Shown here piece after piece: positions 46,511-56,021 of a stretch of 59,069 nucleotides of DNA. Positions within the stretch are counted from its first letter, which is position 1; every line of letters begins with the position of its first letter. The DNA comes from a virus (Duplodnaviria; Caudoviricetes): positions 1 through 59,069 of IMG/VR virus record IMGVR_UViG_3300046532_001353. One strand, 5' to 3'. Made by a program: the position numbers and the translations under genes. Below the pieces are notes generated by a model that worked only from the letters and a program-made list of their open reading frames with translations, was not told the origin of the DNA and made no database searches.

Positions 46511-47352
46511 GCGCTAAGAGATTTTAAAGTTCCATCGTAACCTTTTGGAGCCTTACCTATTATTGGTAAATCTTTTATTGGATATAGTTCATCACCAAAT
46601 GCCCAGTTCCTTTCATAACACCAGAAACATTTACCACATACTCGTGTAAAACCCTGTGTCCACCATGCTGTGCCAGTACATGATTTAGTATCTGGATAAA
46701 TTTCTTCAAGTAAAAATTTATGTTGGAAATAAATATCAGCAATAAACTTTTTATCAACATTAATAAATGGTTGGTATACTTGGTTGAAACATGTTTGCCA
46801 GTTGCTTTCATGTGTACGTCGTGGTTCACTTACATCCAAGAAGTCATGCTTTATCATCTCTTCTTCAGTTGGATTTTTTGACATACCATCAAATCTCAAT
46901 GGCTTATCATATTTTAACATGAGATTTCTTGTGATTCTATCTATTAATAATACCTTTGTCATTCCAACAATAGTCATGTCTTTATATCTTTCATAATTCT
47001 TTATACAATACTTAGCATCAGCGAAATGCTTAGGATCTTTATCATCAAATTCAAATACTTGTATATCATTTAAGTTAGCATGTGGAAACTCTTTCTGCAT
47101 CTTTTCAATAAACATTATAGCTGAATCAGCATCGCCCGGAGCATTCAAATCTCTACACGTGTATGGTAACCATTCAATATCTGGAAAATGTGTTAAGCCA
47201 AGATATAATGCTGATGCAGAATCACACCCACCTGATAGTGATACTAAAACTTGTTTAGGTAAACCATTATCGTCAAGTTTAACATCATTCAATGTTTTAG
47301 TTTCTTCATAGGTGAAGAATGGTATCGTTATATTATTATATGTTATTTCCAT
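46507..47352 (-). CDS. QueC-like PP-loop (adenine nucleotide alpha hydrolase) protein
   Basis: SLSGGCDS PP-loop, QPF.NVDK, TKSC...CGKCFWCYER zinc motif. Confidence 0.7.
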   Translation of the reverse strand: MEITYNNITIPFFTYEETKTLNDVKLDDNGLPKQVLVSLSGGCDSASALYLGLTHFPDIEWLPYTCRDLNAPGDADSAIMFIEKMQKEFPHANLNDIQVFEFDDKDPKHFADAKYCIKNYERYKDMTIVGMTKVLLIDRITRNLMLKYDKPLRFDGMSKNPTEEEMIKHDFLDVSEPRRTHESNWQTCFNQVYQPFINVDKKFIADIYFQHKFLLEEIYPDTKSCTGTAWWTQGFTRVCGKCFWCYERNWAFGDELYPIKDLPIIGKAPKGYDGTLKSLSA

Positions 47353-48128
47353 TATGTATTCCTAGTATCTCGCCAAGCTTGTAAAGCTGGTGTAACATTA
47401 AAATATTCTTCATTCTTTATTTTCTTAACTGTATTCTTTGGGTCTGGTCTTGGGAAGTTAGCATAGATCTCTTTCATATTATCTTTAATGTTTCTTGATT
47501 TAGGATCAAAGCCTCTATTTGTTTTAACTAACAATAAAGTAAAGCCTTCATCTTTTGCCATCTGTTTTGCAATTTCTATTTCATGTTCGTTATAACCAAA
47601 TATAATATATTGCCAAACAATAGCTACACCCATTGATTTACCTAATCGCATTGTCTCCCACACCTCATCAAAGTTAGAACCAATACGATACAGTTCACTC
47701 TTTTTATCTATACCATCAACACCAAAATACCAAGCGAACTCATTCATACCATAAGTAAATGCTTCTTCCCACCATTCACGTGTATGACGACCTTTCACTG
47801 ATTGACCACATGTAGCAATCCGTACACCTCTACCTGTACCATCTAACATCTTTAAGAATTCTAGAAAGTGTGGATTATATATTGGATCTGATAGTTGACC
47901 ACAGAATGTTATACAGTGTTGATAGTAATCTATGATCTTTTGAAAGTCTTCTTTCTCTAAATCATATGCTCTCTTAATACGTGGTCCACCTTCTTTCTTT
48001 TGTCTTAAACATTGTGGACACCTTAAGATACATCTATGAGATGAATCAATATTGGGTGAACCCCATACTTCGTTATGTGTATACCAGTCAGCTATACGAT
48101 CAGTAGGTTGTAGTTCTGTAAATCTCAT
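47352..48128 (-). CDS. Radical SAM protein
   Basis: CILRCPQC, FCGQLSDP, FGVDG, LYRIGSNF, WQYIIF.YNEH. Confidence 0.85.
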   Translation of the reverse strand: MRFTELQPTDRIADWYTHNEVWGSPNIDSSHRCILRCPQCLRQKKEGGPRIKRAYDLEKEDFQKIIDYYQHCITFCGQLSDPIYNPHFLEFLKMLDGTGRGVRIATCGQSVKGRHTREWWEEAFTYGMNEFAWYFGVDGIDKKSELYRIGSNFDEVWETMRLGKSMGVAIVWQYIIFGYNEHEIEIAKQMAKDEGFTLLLVKTNRGFDPKSRNIKDNMKEIYANFPRPDPKNTVKKIKNEEYFNVTPALQAWRDTRNT

Positions 48129-48523
48129 TATATTGTAGATTGTAGATATAAGTTATTATCTTTCTTTAGATTACCACATTTGTATTTACAATGTTTCATT
48201 GCTTGCCCTTGATTATTAAGTAGTGTATCAAAGAAATGATCCCATTCATCTGATAGAAATATATCTTTTAATTCATTAACCTTATTAACTCTAAGGTGTT
48301 CATCTTTTAATCCAAAGTATTCAACACCGTAATCATTCTTTGGATCATCTAGCCAACAGCATGGTAACATAAAACCATCTGATGTATAAGCAGCAGGCTT
48401 ATGATATGACTTAGGGTTAAAGGTTAAACACCGTGGTTTAATCAATAACTTCCATTCACCTATATCAAGCTCTTGTTCCTGATCTTCTTTTTGTTTATTC
48501 ATTGCTGCTTCACTTGAACTCAT
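48128..48523 (-). CDS. Stand-alone SPASM/twitch-like Fe-S domain protein
   Basis: PRC...DGFMLPCCWLD...CKYKCG; coupled to the downstream radical SAM gene. Confidence 0.7.
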   Translation of the reverse strand: MSSSEAAMNKQKEDQEQELDIGEWKLLIKPRCLTFNPKSYHKPAAYTSDGFMLPCCWLDDPKNDYGVEYFGLKDEHLRVNKVNELKDIFLSDEWDHFFDTLLNNQGQAMKHCKYKCGNLKKDNNLYLQSTI

Positions 48524-49314
48524 TACTGTAGCTCTCCATTTAAGTATACATCTGTCACACCTTCAAATGTAGGGAAACGATAAAGACCATCTTCATCTCC
48601 TGTACGACGATCATTAAAAGGTATATCTTTATTTAAAACTTCTTGATGTAATCTCCTATCAACACCGTCCTGTTCATATCCAACACCAATGATAAGTTTA
48701 GCGTTATACACATTATCTTGCGTTTGTTTATTTGTAGGTAATAGTTCACCTATGCCTGGTGAGTCAAGTGCTGAACATATTCCAGTTTTATATCCCATCA
48801 TTGCAGCTGCAAGTATTAATTGACCAACTGAAATTCCAATTGAGAAATCTATCTGCTCTTCATAAATAGTCATTACATTTTTTGATCCACCTTCTTGAGC
48901 TAAGAAGTGAGTGCCACCTCTTACTGTACGACGATCTTCAGTATATACAAACATAGCATTAGCTAAAATTTGAGAATTCTTTATTGAGTAATCATCGTCT
49001 TGCCAGAACTCTCCATCTTTATCTTTAAACATATCTCCATAATCAGCTTTCCCATCTGCGTACATACTGTCTTGGAATTCTGGATTATCAACAGGGAATA
49101 AAGAGAACTTCTTTGTTTGATCATAAATTGCTCTTATCTTTTCCTGGTCAGTGAAAACATGTAATGCATAGTGTGTTTCCATTTGTTTCTTTGGACTATT
49201 TTTAGCAGCATATATTAATGCGTCTAAATCTTCTTGTGGAATTGTTTTATCTAAGTCCCAATTCCTTTGTGCTTGTTTAGATACTTTTGCAGCATCTATT
49301 ATTTGTTGGTTCAT
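48523..49314 (-). CDS. Nitroreductase-family flavoprotein
   Basis: QRNWD..K.IP.ED...L..AA.NSP.KQ, SIGISVGQL.LAA..MGYKTGIC, IIGVGY. Confidence 0.75.
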   Translation of the reverse strand: MNQQIIDAAKVSKQAQRNWDLDKTIPQEDLDALIYAAKNSPKKQMETHYALHVFTDQEKIRAIYDQTKKFSLFPVDNPEFQDSMYADGKADYGDMFKDKDGEFWQDDDYSIKNSQILANAMFVYTEDRRTVRGGTHFLAQEGGSKNVMTIYEEQIDFSIGISVGQLILAAAMMGYKTGICSALDSPGIGELLPTNKQTQDNVYNAKLIIGVGYEQDGVDRRLHQEVLNKDIPFNDRRTGDEDGLYRFPTFEGVTDVYLNGELQ

Positions 49315-49326
49315 ACAATTTCTCCT

Positions 49327-50733
49327 TTATGTATTTATAATATCTAATCCAGAATCTTTCGGATTGTGATACTCTTCTAATTCAGGGAATACTTCAAATA
49401 GATTCATTTCCCATTTAGTTCCTTTATAATATTCATCATTCTTTAATGCATAATCAAATGTATCTTGATAATCTAATTTCTTTTTAAAATCTGGTTTGTT
49501 AGGTACAAGGCCAACAGGCTCTTCCTTTAATAACTGTTGAATATCTGGAAAGCCTTCGTAAAATGGAATAAGTTTTTCTTTAAGTGGTGTGGGTAATACA
49601 TTAGCACATAACTTAGCAGGGCTTCTAATGTTTGACCAATTAACTTGGTCAAATAAATCTAGATTATCATTAACCCAATCTATTAATTGCCAAAATCTAA
49701 GTACAGATAAAAATGATATAGCTCCATTTATATTTACTGTTACATTTGGATATTGACGAACATGTCTAATGTTATTAACAATCTCTTCCCAATTAGATCT
49801 ACGTCTTATATAATCATTTGCTTTACCCATTGAATCTATTGATACTGTAAATTCAAATACATCAAAATGAGGAATGAATTTTGTAATTTTTAATCTTTCA
49901 AAATCTAATGTAGACATATTAGTTTGATATTTTACTGTCATATTTTTAGCTTCACCTGATTCAACTATTCTTTCTAATAGGTTATAAAACTTTTTCATTA
50001 CTAATGGTTCACCACCAATTAATTTTAGATTATATATGTATGGAGCTATACTAACAATGTCTTCAACGATATCATCTATTGTATTTTTATCTACTTTCTC
50101 TGGACTCTTTTTAGCAAAATCAGAAAAAATATTTTCACCTTGTAATTCATCTGAATGTATTGAAACTAACCTAGTACTAGAATCATATGGAATACACATA
50201 TAACAATCTAAGTTACATGTATTTCCAAAAGCTTTTACTTGTACCTCAAGTAATCTTTCATTAAACGTAATTCTATTATCTCTTTTGAATTCCTCTACAG
50301 CATTACGTATACGTGGCCAAAGCCTCTTATCATTTGATTGAATTTTTAAAGCAGCTTGACGTCTTGACCTTCCAAAATGTTTCTCTTGGTATCTACAATT
50401 CTTACATACTTTTTCTGCAAGTTTAAGATCAGAATTAGGAGTAGTCATTTCTGTACGTAATGCATTTAGTAAAGAATCTTTTTTATAGTATTCTGTGCCT
50501 TTTACGTTTTTAATATTTGGACCTATATTTTCTTCAGCCCAAGAACATGGAATAAGTTCACCTCTAGTACTCGTATAAATCATTTGAAATGGCGCAGTAC
50601 AAAACCAAATATCTTCATCTTTAATTTGATTTTCTAAGTTAGGTATTTGTTCAAACCATTTACTAGTATCTACTTTGCCACCACCTAAGAACTTATCACC
50701 TGGCCCACCTTTTGTTAATTTTGTATTAATCAT
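49327..50733 (-). CDS. Twitch-domain-containing radical SAM protein
   Basis: N-terminal FCTAPF...PC...CKNC; GNTCNLDCYMC....SS; LIGGEPL; YQTN; VSID......DYIR..S.W. Confidence 0.88.
   Translation of the reverse strand: MINTKLTKGGPGDKFLGGGKVDTSKWFEQIPNLENQIKDEDIWFCTAPFQMIYTSTRGELIPCSWAEENIGPNIKNVKGTEYYKKDSLLNALRTEMTTPNSDLKLAEKVCKNCRYQEKHFGRSRRQAALKIQSNDKRLWPRIRNAVEEFKRDNRITFNERLLEVQVKAFGNTCNLDCYMCIPYDSSTRLVSIHSDELQGENIFSDFAKKSPEKVDKNTIDDIVEDIVSIAPYIYNLKLIGGEPLVMKKFYNLLERIVESGEAKNMTVKYQTNMSTLDFERLKITKFIPHFDVFEFTVSIDSMGKANDYIRRRSNWEEIVNNIRHVRQYPNVTVNINGAISFLSVLRFWQLIDWVNDNLDLFDQVNWSNIRSPAKLCANVLPTPLKEKLIPFYEGFPDIQQLLKEEPVGLVPNKPDFKKKLDYQDTFDYALKNDEYYKGTKWEMNLFEVFPELEEYHNPKDSGLDIINT
49332..49339 (-). 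promoter_or_regulatory. T4-type late promoter, internal to the enzyme cluster
   Basis: TATAAATA then an AAGGAG SD and the ATG at 49314. Confidence 0.75.
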
Positions 50734-51335
50734 TTAAATCCTCTTTTAAGTGGATTTAAATATCTAAATAATTCATCCTCTATAAGAAATCGTTCAATAG
50801 TAATCTTTTTCATAAGGCCTTCTTTTTTTATAACTTTATATAATGTTGTAAATGCTAACATGTTTTTATCAGCCGAGTTAATACCACCAATTTGATATTC
50901 ACCACACATAGGAAGATATATTGTTACATCATGTCCAGCCTTAGCCCATTCTATTGCAGAATAACCTGTAGATCTTAAAACACAACCAGCAGTATTACAA
51001 CCTCCTATAATAAGTTTTTTTATATTATATCCTCTCTCAGCTGCTAACAGTTGAATGTCAGAAACGTTATAGCCTGCATCAGCATCAAAGGTTATCCAGT
51101 CATGCTGGCCATCTGCTCTTGCCATTTTTTCTACTTCTGTAGTTTTTGGATGTTTATCATGATTATCAGACATGATTAAAAATGATCTATGTGAGTTATT
51201 GATCTTATCTTCTGGCATACCATATATCAATCCATTCAAACAGGCATAGCGAAGCTCATTCATATAATCATCACCAAGAATAGGGTGACCTTCAAAGTCA
51301 ATTAATAGTATAGTAGTTTTATCTTTCAGTGTCAT
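50730..51335 (-). CDS. Isochorismatase/cysteine-hydrolase-like protein
   Basis: ILLIDFE near the N-terminus and IIGGCNTAGCVLRS. Confidence 0.5.
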   Translation of the reverse strand: MTLKDKTTILLIDFEGHPILGDDYMNELRYACLNGLIYGMPEDKINNSHRSFLIMSDNHDKHPKTTEVEKMARADGQHDWITFDADAGYNVSDIQLLAAERGYNIKKLIIGGCNTAGCVLRSTGYSAIEWAKAGHDVTIYLPMCGEYQIGGINSADKNMLAFTTLYKVIKKEGLMKKITIERFLIEDELFRYLNPLKRGFK

Positions 51336-51347
51336 AATATATTACAT

Positions 51348-51355
51348 TATTTATA
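51348..51355 (-). promoter_or_regulatory. T4-type late promoter
   Basis: TATAAATA 12 nt before the ATG at 51335. Confidence 0.7.
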
Positions 51356-52067
51356 TCCAGCGAATTACTTCCTCTGGCTCAGGCTTCCTATCGTCTATAT
51401 CACCTTGTGGTTCAAACTTTTTCTGCCACTCTCTTTTAGATACTTTACACTTACCAATAGTTTGCATCAACATAACAGGATGATCTACACCTGGAATATC
51501 TTGCCAACCATCTTCGTAATCACCTGGGAAACAAAGAGTTGTTGAAGTATCTAATCCTTCTTCTAAAGCAAATGCTCCTAGGTTAGCAGCAAACATTCCA
51601 ACTTCTATAGATACACCTCTAATAATATTTGGCATTTCTGATAAATGCATTGGTTCATAATAGTCTCCTTCTTCTACATTCTTTTTATACATAGCGTTAG
51701 GTTCACAAAGTCTTTGACTATAGACTATAAGGTAAGGTGCTGTCTTAACATGATTAAAGAAAATATTAGTGCCTTCCTCTTCCCATTCAGTGATGTCATT
51801 ATCTATAACACCTGGTGTAGTTTTATCTCGTGGAATGTTATTTTCATTAGTCATCTTTTTATTATTCTTAGATAACTGCCATATCTTCTTGCCCAAAGCC
51901 ATTTGGTCTGGTCCATATACATTTACATGATATGGCATAAAGTTATTTTTAGAAGGTGTGACTTTCCATGCTTTCCAAAGAACTTTTTCTATTAATGCTT
52001 TATCGGGAATTTCTTTATCCCAATTCATTACATGTCTTCTACTTCCTATTAATTCTAATGCGTCCAT
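51351..52067 (-). CDS. Nitroreductase-family flavoprotein
   Basis: RRHV..W....PD...I...L..A...TPSKNN..PY, APYLI, EVGMFA.NL...ALEEGLDTS...CF. Confidence 0.8.
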   Translation of the reverse strand: MDALELIGSRRHVMNWDKEIPDKALIEKVLWKAWKVTPSKNNFMPYHVNVYGPDQMALGKKIWQLSKNNKKMTNENNIPRDKTTPGVIDNDITEWEEEGTNIFFNHVKTAPYLIVYSQRLCEPNAMYKKNVEEGDYYEPMHLSEMPNIIRGVSIEVGMFAANLGAFALEEGLDTSTTLCFPGDYEDGWQDIPGVDHPVMLMQTIGKCKVSKREWQKKFEPQGDIDDRKPEPEEVIRWI

Positions 52068-52093
52068 AATTATTTCTCCCGGTTATTTATTAC

Positions 52094-52101
52094 TATTTAT
52101 A
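52094..52101 (-). promoter_or_regulatory. T4-type late promoter
   Basis: TATAAATA upstream of a GGAG SD and the ATG at 52067. Confidence 0.75.
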
Positions 52102-52103
52102 TA

Positions 52104-53123
52104 TTAAGAAGATCTACTATTTCTCAACAATTCTATCCAAAGTTTGTCGTTATGAACAACTTCCTTTGCATTATTTTTTGCAAGGTAAAAGTCTACACCA
52201 TCAGCCTCTGGTAAATTACCTATTTGTTCTCTATGGTTTGCTGAAGCTAACTCAGTCTCTATTGTTATCTTACCATCTAATGTATCCAGAGCAGTTATGA
52301 TTGGCCCGATATCTTGGTTCTTTAATCCACGTTTCCAATACCAATAACCACCATCTTGTACAGGATTGGTTCTATGATAAATTATTTCTTTGCCTAACCA
52401 TCTTGCTTCTTGAAATAATCTTGGAGCAGGATCAAATGTTTCTTTAGTATAAACATATGTTTTAAATTTGCCTAACAGATTATCAACAGGACATCTCAGA
52501 TTATTATTCTCTAAGTCTAAATATTTTTGAGGATAAGTTAATATGCCATGATCAGGATATTCACCTATTATTTTTTGTAATGATTTATAATATTCTGGAT
52601 TAGTTCCTAAGAATAAATGATCGAATTGAATATCTTCTTTAACTTCTTTGTATACGGGGAAGTGTATTATCTTTTCGAAATGTTCTCCAATACCATTAGG
52701 ATAAACATCTGTATCACATAAATCAATAATTCTTTTTGGTTTAAAAAACTTTAAAGCTTTAGGATATTTTTCAGGATGATTCTCTGAATAAACAGAAACA
52801 AGGTTGCCACTAAATAATTTTTTAACAGAAGCTTTTTGCATATCACTATAATCATTCCAAGTCATATGAGCTAAGGTTAGCATACTCCTACCCATAATTA
52901 ATGTTAAAGAATCATCGAACACAAATTCATTATTAAAGACTATGTTTTGACAATGAATATACTTATCTTTAATAGCATCAGTATAATCACCTGAAGTAAA
53001 ATCCCTATGTGTTATAACATATACCTGAGCTTGAATACCCTTCTCATTCAAGTGGGAACAATATTCATAACTATAAAACAGTAAACCATCTGCTGGTTTA
53101 CTGGTACATACTATATTTAACAT
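52104..53123 (-). CDS. Hypothetical protein, weakly GT-B glycosyltransferase-like
   Basis: First gene of the leftward operon; YVY...FDPAPRLFQEA..LGKEII resembles the GT-B nucleotide-binding segment. Confidence 0.4.
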   Translation of the reverse strand: MLNIVCTSKPADGLLFYSYEYCSHLNEKGIQAQVYVITHRDFTSGDYTDAIKDKYIHCQNIVFNNEFVFDDSLTLIMGRSMLTLAHMTWNDYSDMQKASVKKLFSGNLVSVYSENHPEKYPKALKFFKPKRIIDLCDTDVYPNGIGEHFEKIIHFPVYKEVKEDIQFDHLFLGTNPEYYKSLQKIIGEYPDHGILTYPQKYLDLENNNLRCPVDNLLGKFKTYVYTKETFDPAPRLFQEARWLGKEIIYHRTNPVQDGGYWYWKRGLKNQDIGPIITALDTLDGKITIETELASANHREQIGNLPEADGVDFYLAKNNAKEVVHNDKLWIELLRNSRSS

Positions 53124-53152
53124 CTCTTATTAAATCATCTAATTATTAGTTC

Positions 53153-53170
53153 TATTTATATGTATAAATA
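53153..53170. promoter_or_regulatory. Back-to-back divergent late promoters heading both arms of the enzyme cluster
   Basis: TATTTATA-TG-TATAAATA: minus copy 53153-53160, plus copy 53163-53170. Confidence 0.85.
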
Positions 53171-53175
53171 AAGGT

Positions 53176-53805
53176 ATGAATAAAGATATATTATATTCCT
53201 ACCTTGTGCTGTATGGAATACAAAGTGAATTGAATATTAGATTACATGATCCTGAACAGTTTGTTAACTGGACAGAAGAGAACTTTGAATACGTAAGATA
53301 CAATCCTAGGAAGCCTATCGATCGATGGGGGTTAAGCATAACAAGTTATGATGGTGGACTAAGCGGTATTCCTGATTTAGATAGTTTGGGAGATTACTGT
53401 ATAGAAAATAATGTTTCTCTTGAAGAGAGTGACTTCAATGTACCAACAGAAGTTTATAAACAATCAAAAGAATTGCAAGAAGTACTAGAACCATTTAAAG
53501 AAAATTGTTATAGAACACATATATTAAAATTAAATCCAGGTAGTTACTTCCCTAAACATAGAGATCTAAGGCTAGATAATTTTAATCACTTTAGATTAAT
53601 TATGCCTTTAAAGAATCCGTGTACATTTGTAATAGAAGATAAAATTTTAACTTGGGATGTAGGTACAATGTATTTTGTAGATACTGCTAAAGTACATTAT
53701 CTATTTAATGCTACGCATGATCCAAGTTATTGGTTAGTGCTTAATGTTGAATTGACAGAAGAAGTATATGAAGAAGTAACAAAACATTTTTTTTATAAAG
53801 CATGA
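53176..53805 (+). CDS. 2OG-Fe(II) oxygenase, aspartyl/asparaginyl beta-hydroxylase-like
   Basis: R.HILKL.PG.YFPKHRD (HxD), MYFVDT.KVH, distal His. Confidence 0.7.
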   Translation: MNKDILYSYLVLYGIQSELNIRLHDPEQFVNWTEENFEYVRYNPRKPIDRWGLSITSYDGGLSGIPDLDSLGDYCIENNVSLEESDFNVPTEVYKQSKELQEVLEPFKENCYRTHILKLNPGSYFPKHRDLRLDNFNHFRLIMPLKNPCTFVIEDKILTWDVGTMYFVDTAKVHYLFNATHDPSYWLVLNVELTEEVYEEVTKHFFYKA

Positions 53806-54347
53806 TAATAATACCTATCAATGATGAGTTAATACCAGAGCTAGAAGTGTTCTGTAAAAAGGCAAAGGAATTAGGTTATACTAATAATTCTAGTCTTAAA
53901 TTAATGCGGTATGACTGGTGTAAAGAGATTGGTGAATACTATTGCGCAATTAAAGGCAACGATATAGTTGCTGTAGCTGGGTGTCATCCATTACCAGAAT
54001 TTTCTCCTGATGCTTGGCGTATAATGTTTAGAGGATGTGAATTACCTGGAGCATCTCCATACAAAGGATTAAACAAAGGGGATTGGAATAGTATAACACA
54101 AAGAGATTTTATACCTAAATTTATTGACTACATTCCATCTGAAAATTTATATATAAGTACTAATATAAGTAATGAACATTCTGGCAAAGCTTTAAGGAAT
54201 CATAAGATTATGAATATATTAGCTAGACAAAGGGATGCTTATATAGATGATGTATGTGATATGATATTAAATAATACACATCAAACAATATGGAAGTTAA
54301 ATATAAATCAATACTTGAATAGAAGGAGTAAATTAAATGTGGTTTAA
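53802..54347 (+). CDS. Hypothetical protein, possibly GNAT-fold
   Basis: IVAVAGCH.LPE....WRIMFRG; ATGA-coupled to the upstream gene. Confidence 0.4.
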   Translation: MIIIPINDELIPELEVFCKKAKELGYTNNSSLKLMRYDWCKEIGEYYCAIKGNDIVAVAGCHPLPEFSPDAWRIMFRGCELPGASPYKGLNKGDWNSITQRDFIPKFIDYIPSENLYISTNISNEHSGKALRNHKIMNILARQRDAYIDDVCDMILNNTHQTIWKLNINQYLNRRSKLNVV

Positions 54348-54591
54348 TTGGAATCATTTAAAAGAAGCTAAAGAAAAAGCCGGAGGGAAAGGAGGCTATT
54401 GGTGGCATTTTAAGTTTGCATTCATAGAAGCTTTATGGTTATTACTTGCAAGTATAGCATCTTTAATACACGCTGTCTTTCCTTTCTTAATTGACTTTAA
54501 AATTGTTAAAGCAAGAATTAATAGACTTAAATATCTTAAGTCAAAATTACCTAATGACCCAGACTTAAAGAGGATACATTTTGATGATTGA
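54337..54591 (+). CDS. Small membrane-associated protein (DUF6356-like)
   Basis: HLKE.....Y..HFKFA...A..L..AS..SLIHA.FPF pattern. Confidence 0.55.
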   Translation: MWFNWNHLKEAKEKAGGKGGYWWHFKFAFIEALWLLLASIASLIHAVFPFLIDFKIVKARINRLKYLKSKLPNDPDLKRIHFDD

Positions 54592-55420
54592 TACGATTGG
54601 TTATAAGAATGGAGAGTTCTTACCTTTAGAATATTGTGGCCCAACTATATTAGACTTTGGATTTATACATTGTGATTCAACATATGATGTGATACCTATA
54701 TATGATGGTAAAGCCTTTTGTCTTGATAGACATTTAAATAGATTTGTAGCTTCAGCTGAATACTATGATCTTGAATTACCTTATATGCATTACCTAGGAG
54801 TTGCTGGTGAGTTGATGGAAAGAAATCCTGGTATAAAAGATGCGTTCCTTTGGATAATTGCATGGAGAGGATACCCTAAGTCAGGACAGCCAAGAGATAT
54901 TAAAAGTGCACCAGTGAATGTGGCAATGTATATAAAGCCTAGCTATCCTTTAAAGGAAGGAGCTGATATAGTAAATGTACAACTATCTGATCAGCTTAGA
55001 GTACCTGATAATGTCTACAGCCAAGCAGCAAAGAATTTTTCATGGATAGATTTTACAAGAGCACAACTAGGTAAAACAGATACATATGACACTGTCGTTT
55101 TATTAGATCAGACAAGACATATAACAGAAGGCCCAGGATTTAATGTTGGATTTGTGTGGGAAGATTACATATATACACCATTAAATAATTGTCTTAATGG
55201 CGTGACAATGAGTGTTGTTGAAGATATATGTGAAGATACTCCAGGCCAGTTTACTAGATGCCACTTAAAAGAAGACGTATGGAATTTTGCAGATGAGATC
55301 TTTTTAACATCTTCATCAGGCGGTGTTACTGCAACACAACGAACAGGGAAAGTAACCGAATGGTTACAACGTGAATATATAGAGAGGACAAAACATTATG
55401 ACTACATTACAGAACTTTAA
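54581..55420 (+). CDS. Fold-type IV PLP enzyme (branched-chain/D-amino acid aminotransferase, PabC-like)
   Basis: DFGF...DSTYD, LDRHL.RF..SA, AKNFSW (PLP Lys), ITEGPGFN, LNGVT, ADEIFLTSS.GGV. Confidence 0.88.
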   Translation: MMIDTIGYKNGEFLPLEYCGPTILDFGFIHCDSTYDVIPIYDGKAFCLDRHLNRFVASAEYYDLELPYMHYLGVAGELMERNPGIKDAFLWIIAWRGYPKSGQPRDIKSAPVNVAMYIKPSYPLKEGADIVNVQLSDQLRVPDNVYSQAAKNFSWIDFTRAQLGKTDTYDTVVLLDQTRHITEGPGFNVGFVWEDYIYTPLNNCLNGVTMSVVEDICEDTPGQFTRCHLKEDVWNFADEIFLTSSSGGVTATQRTGKVTEWLQREYIERTKHYDYITEL

Positions 55421-56021
55421 AAATACATGGGATAAATTTTTTAGCAAAGATAAAATACCTGTAGACACAGGTAAATATTTTAGAATAGTTCCTAATAGAC
55501 TTACAGAAGAAACTAAAAAAGAATTACTTAAATTAGCAAATGAGAAAGATGCGTTTGTAGATATAAGTTATAAAGTAAGTTTTTTTAAATACCCATCTAA
55601 ACTTCAGAAGTTTGCACCTTGGGGTGTTGCTCAAATGTTAAGAGTATCTGAAGAAGATAGTACAATACATAAAGATAATAATAGAACAAATGAATTTGAT
55701 AATACTTATATGCCAAGACGAACAGTGATTAATTATCCTCTTACTGATAATCCTTCAAAAACAAATTGGTATGATGATAATAAAAATTTAGTTGCTACTA
55801 CAACATATGATAAACAATTATATCCAAGTTTGCCAGATGAGTGTTTTACATTAGAAGGTAAAAACTATAATGCAGCTATACTTAATACTGGTGGAGGTTA
55901 TCATAATGTTGAATTTAAAGATGGTGATGAACCACGTATAGTATTTCAATTATGTTTTGATAGTGATATAGATGATGTACATGAAATGTTTAAATATATG
56001 CATGGCGGATGTAGAATATGA
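55398..56021 (+). CDS. Putative 2OG-Fe(II) oxygenase/cupin-fold protein
   Basis: IHKD (HxD), INYPL, ILNT...HNV, PRIVFQL.F. Confidence 0.55.
   Translation: MTTLQNFKNTWDKFFSKDKIPVDTGKYFRIVPNRLTEETKKELLKLANEKDAFVDISYKVSFFKYPSKLQKFAPWGVAQMLRVSEEDSTIHKDNNRTNEFDNTYMPRRTVINYPLTDNPSKTNWYDDNKNLVATTTYDKQLYPSLPDECFTLEGKNYNAAILNTGGGYHNVEFKDGDEPRIVFQLCFDSDIDDVHEMFKYMHGGCRI

Noticed and set aside
46507-47352. Calling this gene queC of a 7-deazaguanine DNA-modification system
   Set aside because: Only the PP-loop and zinc motifs match. No folE, queD or dpdA is visible in the window, and the late-promoter context argues against it. Kept as QueC-like.
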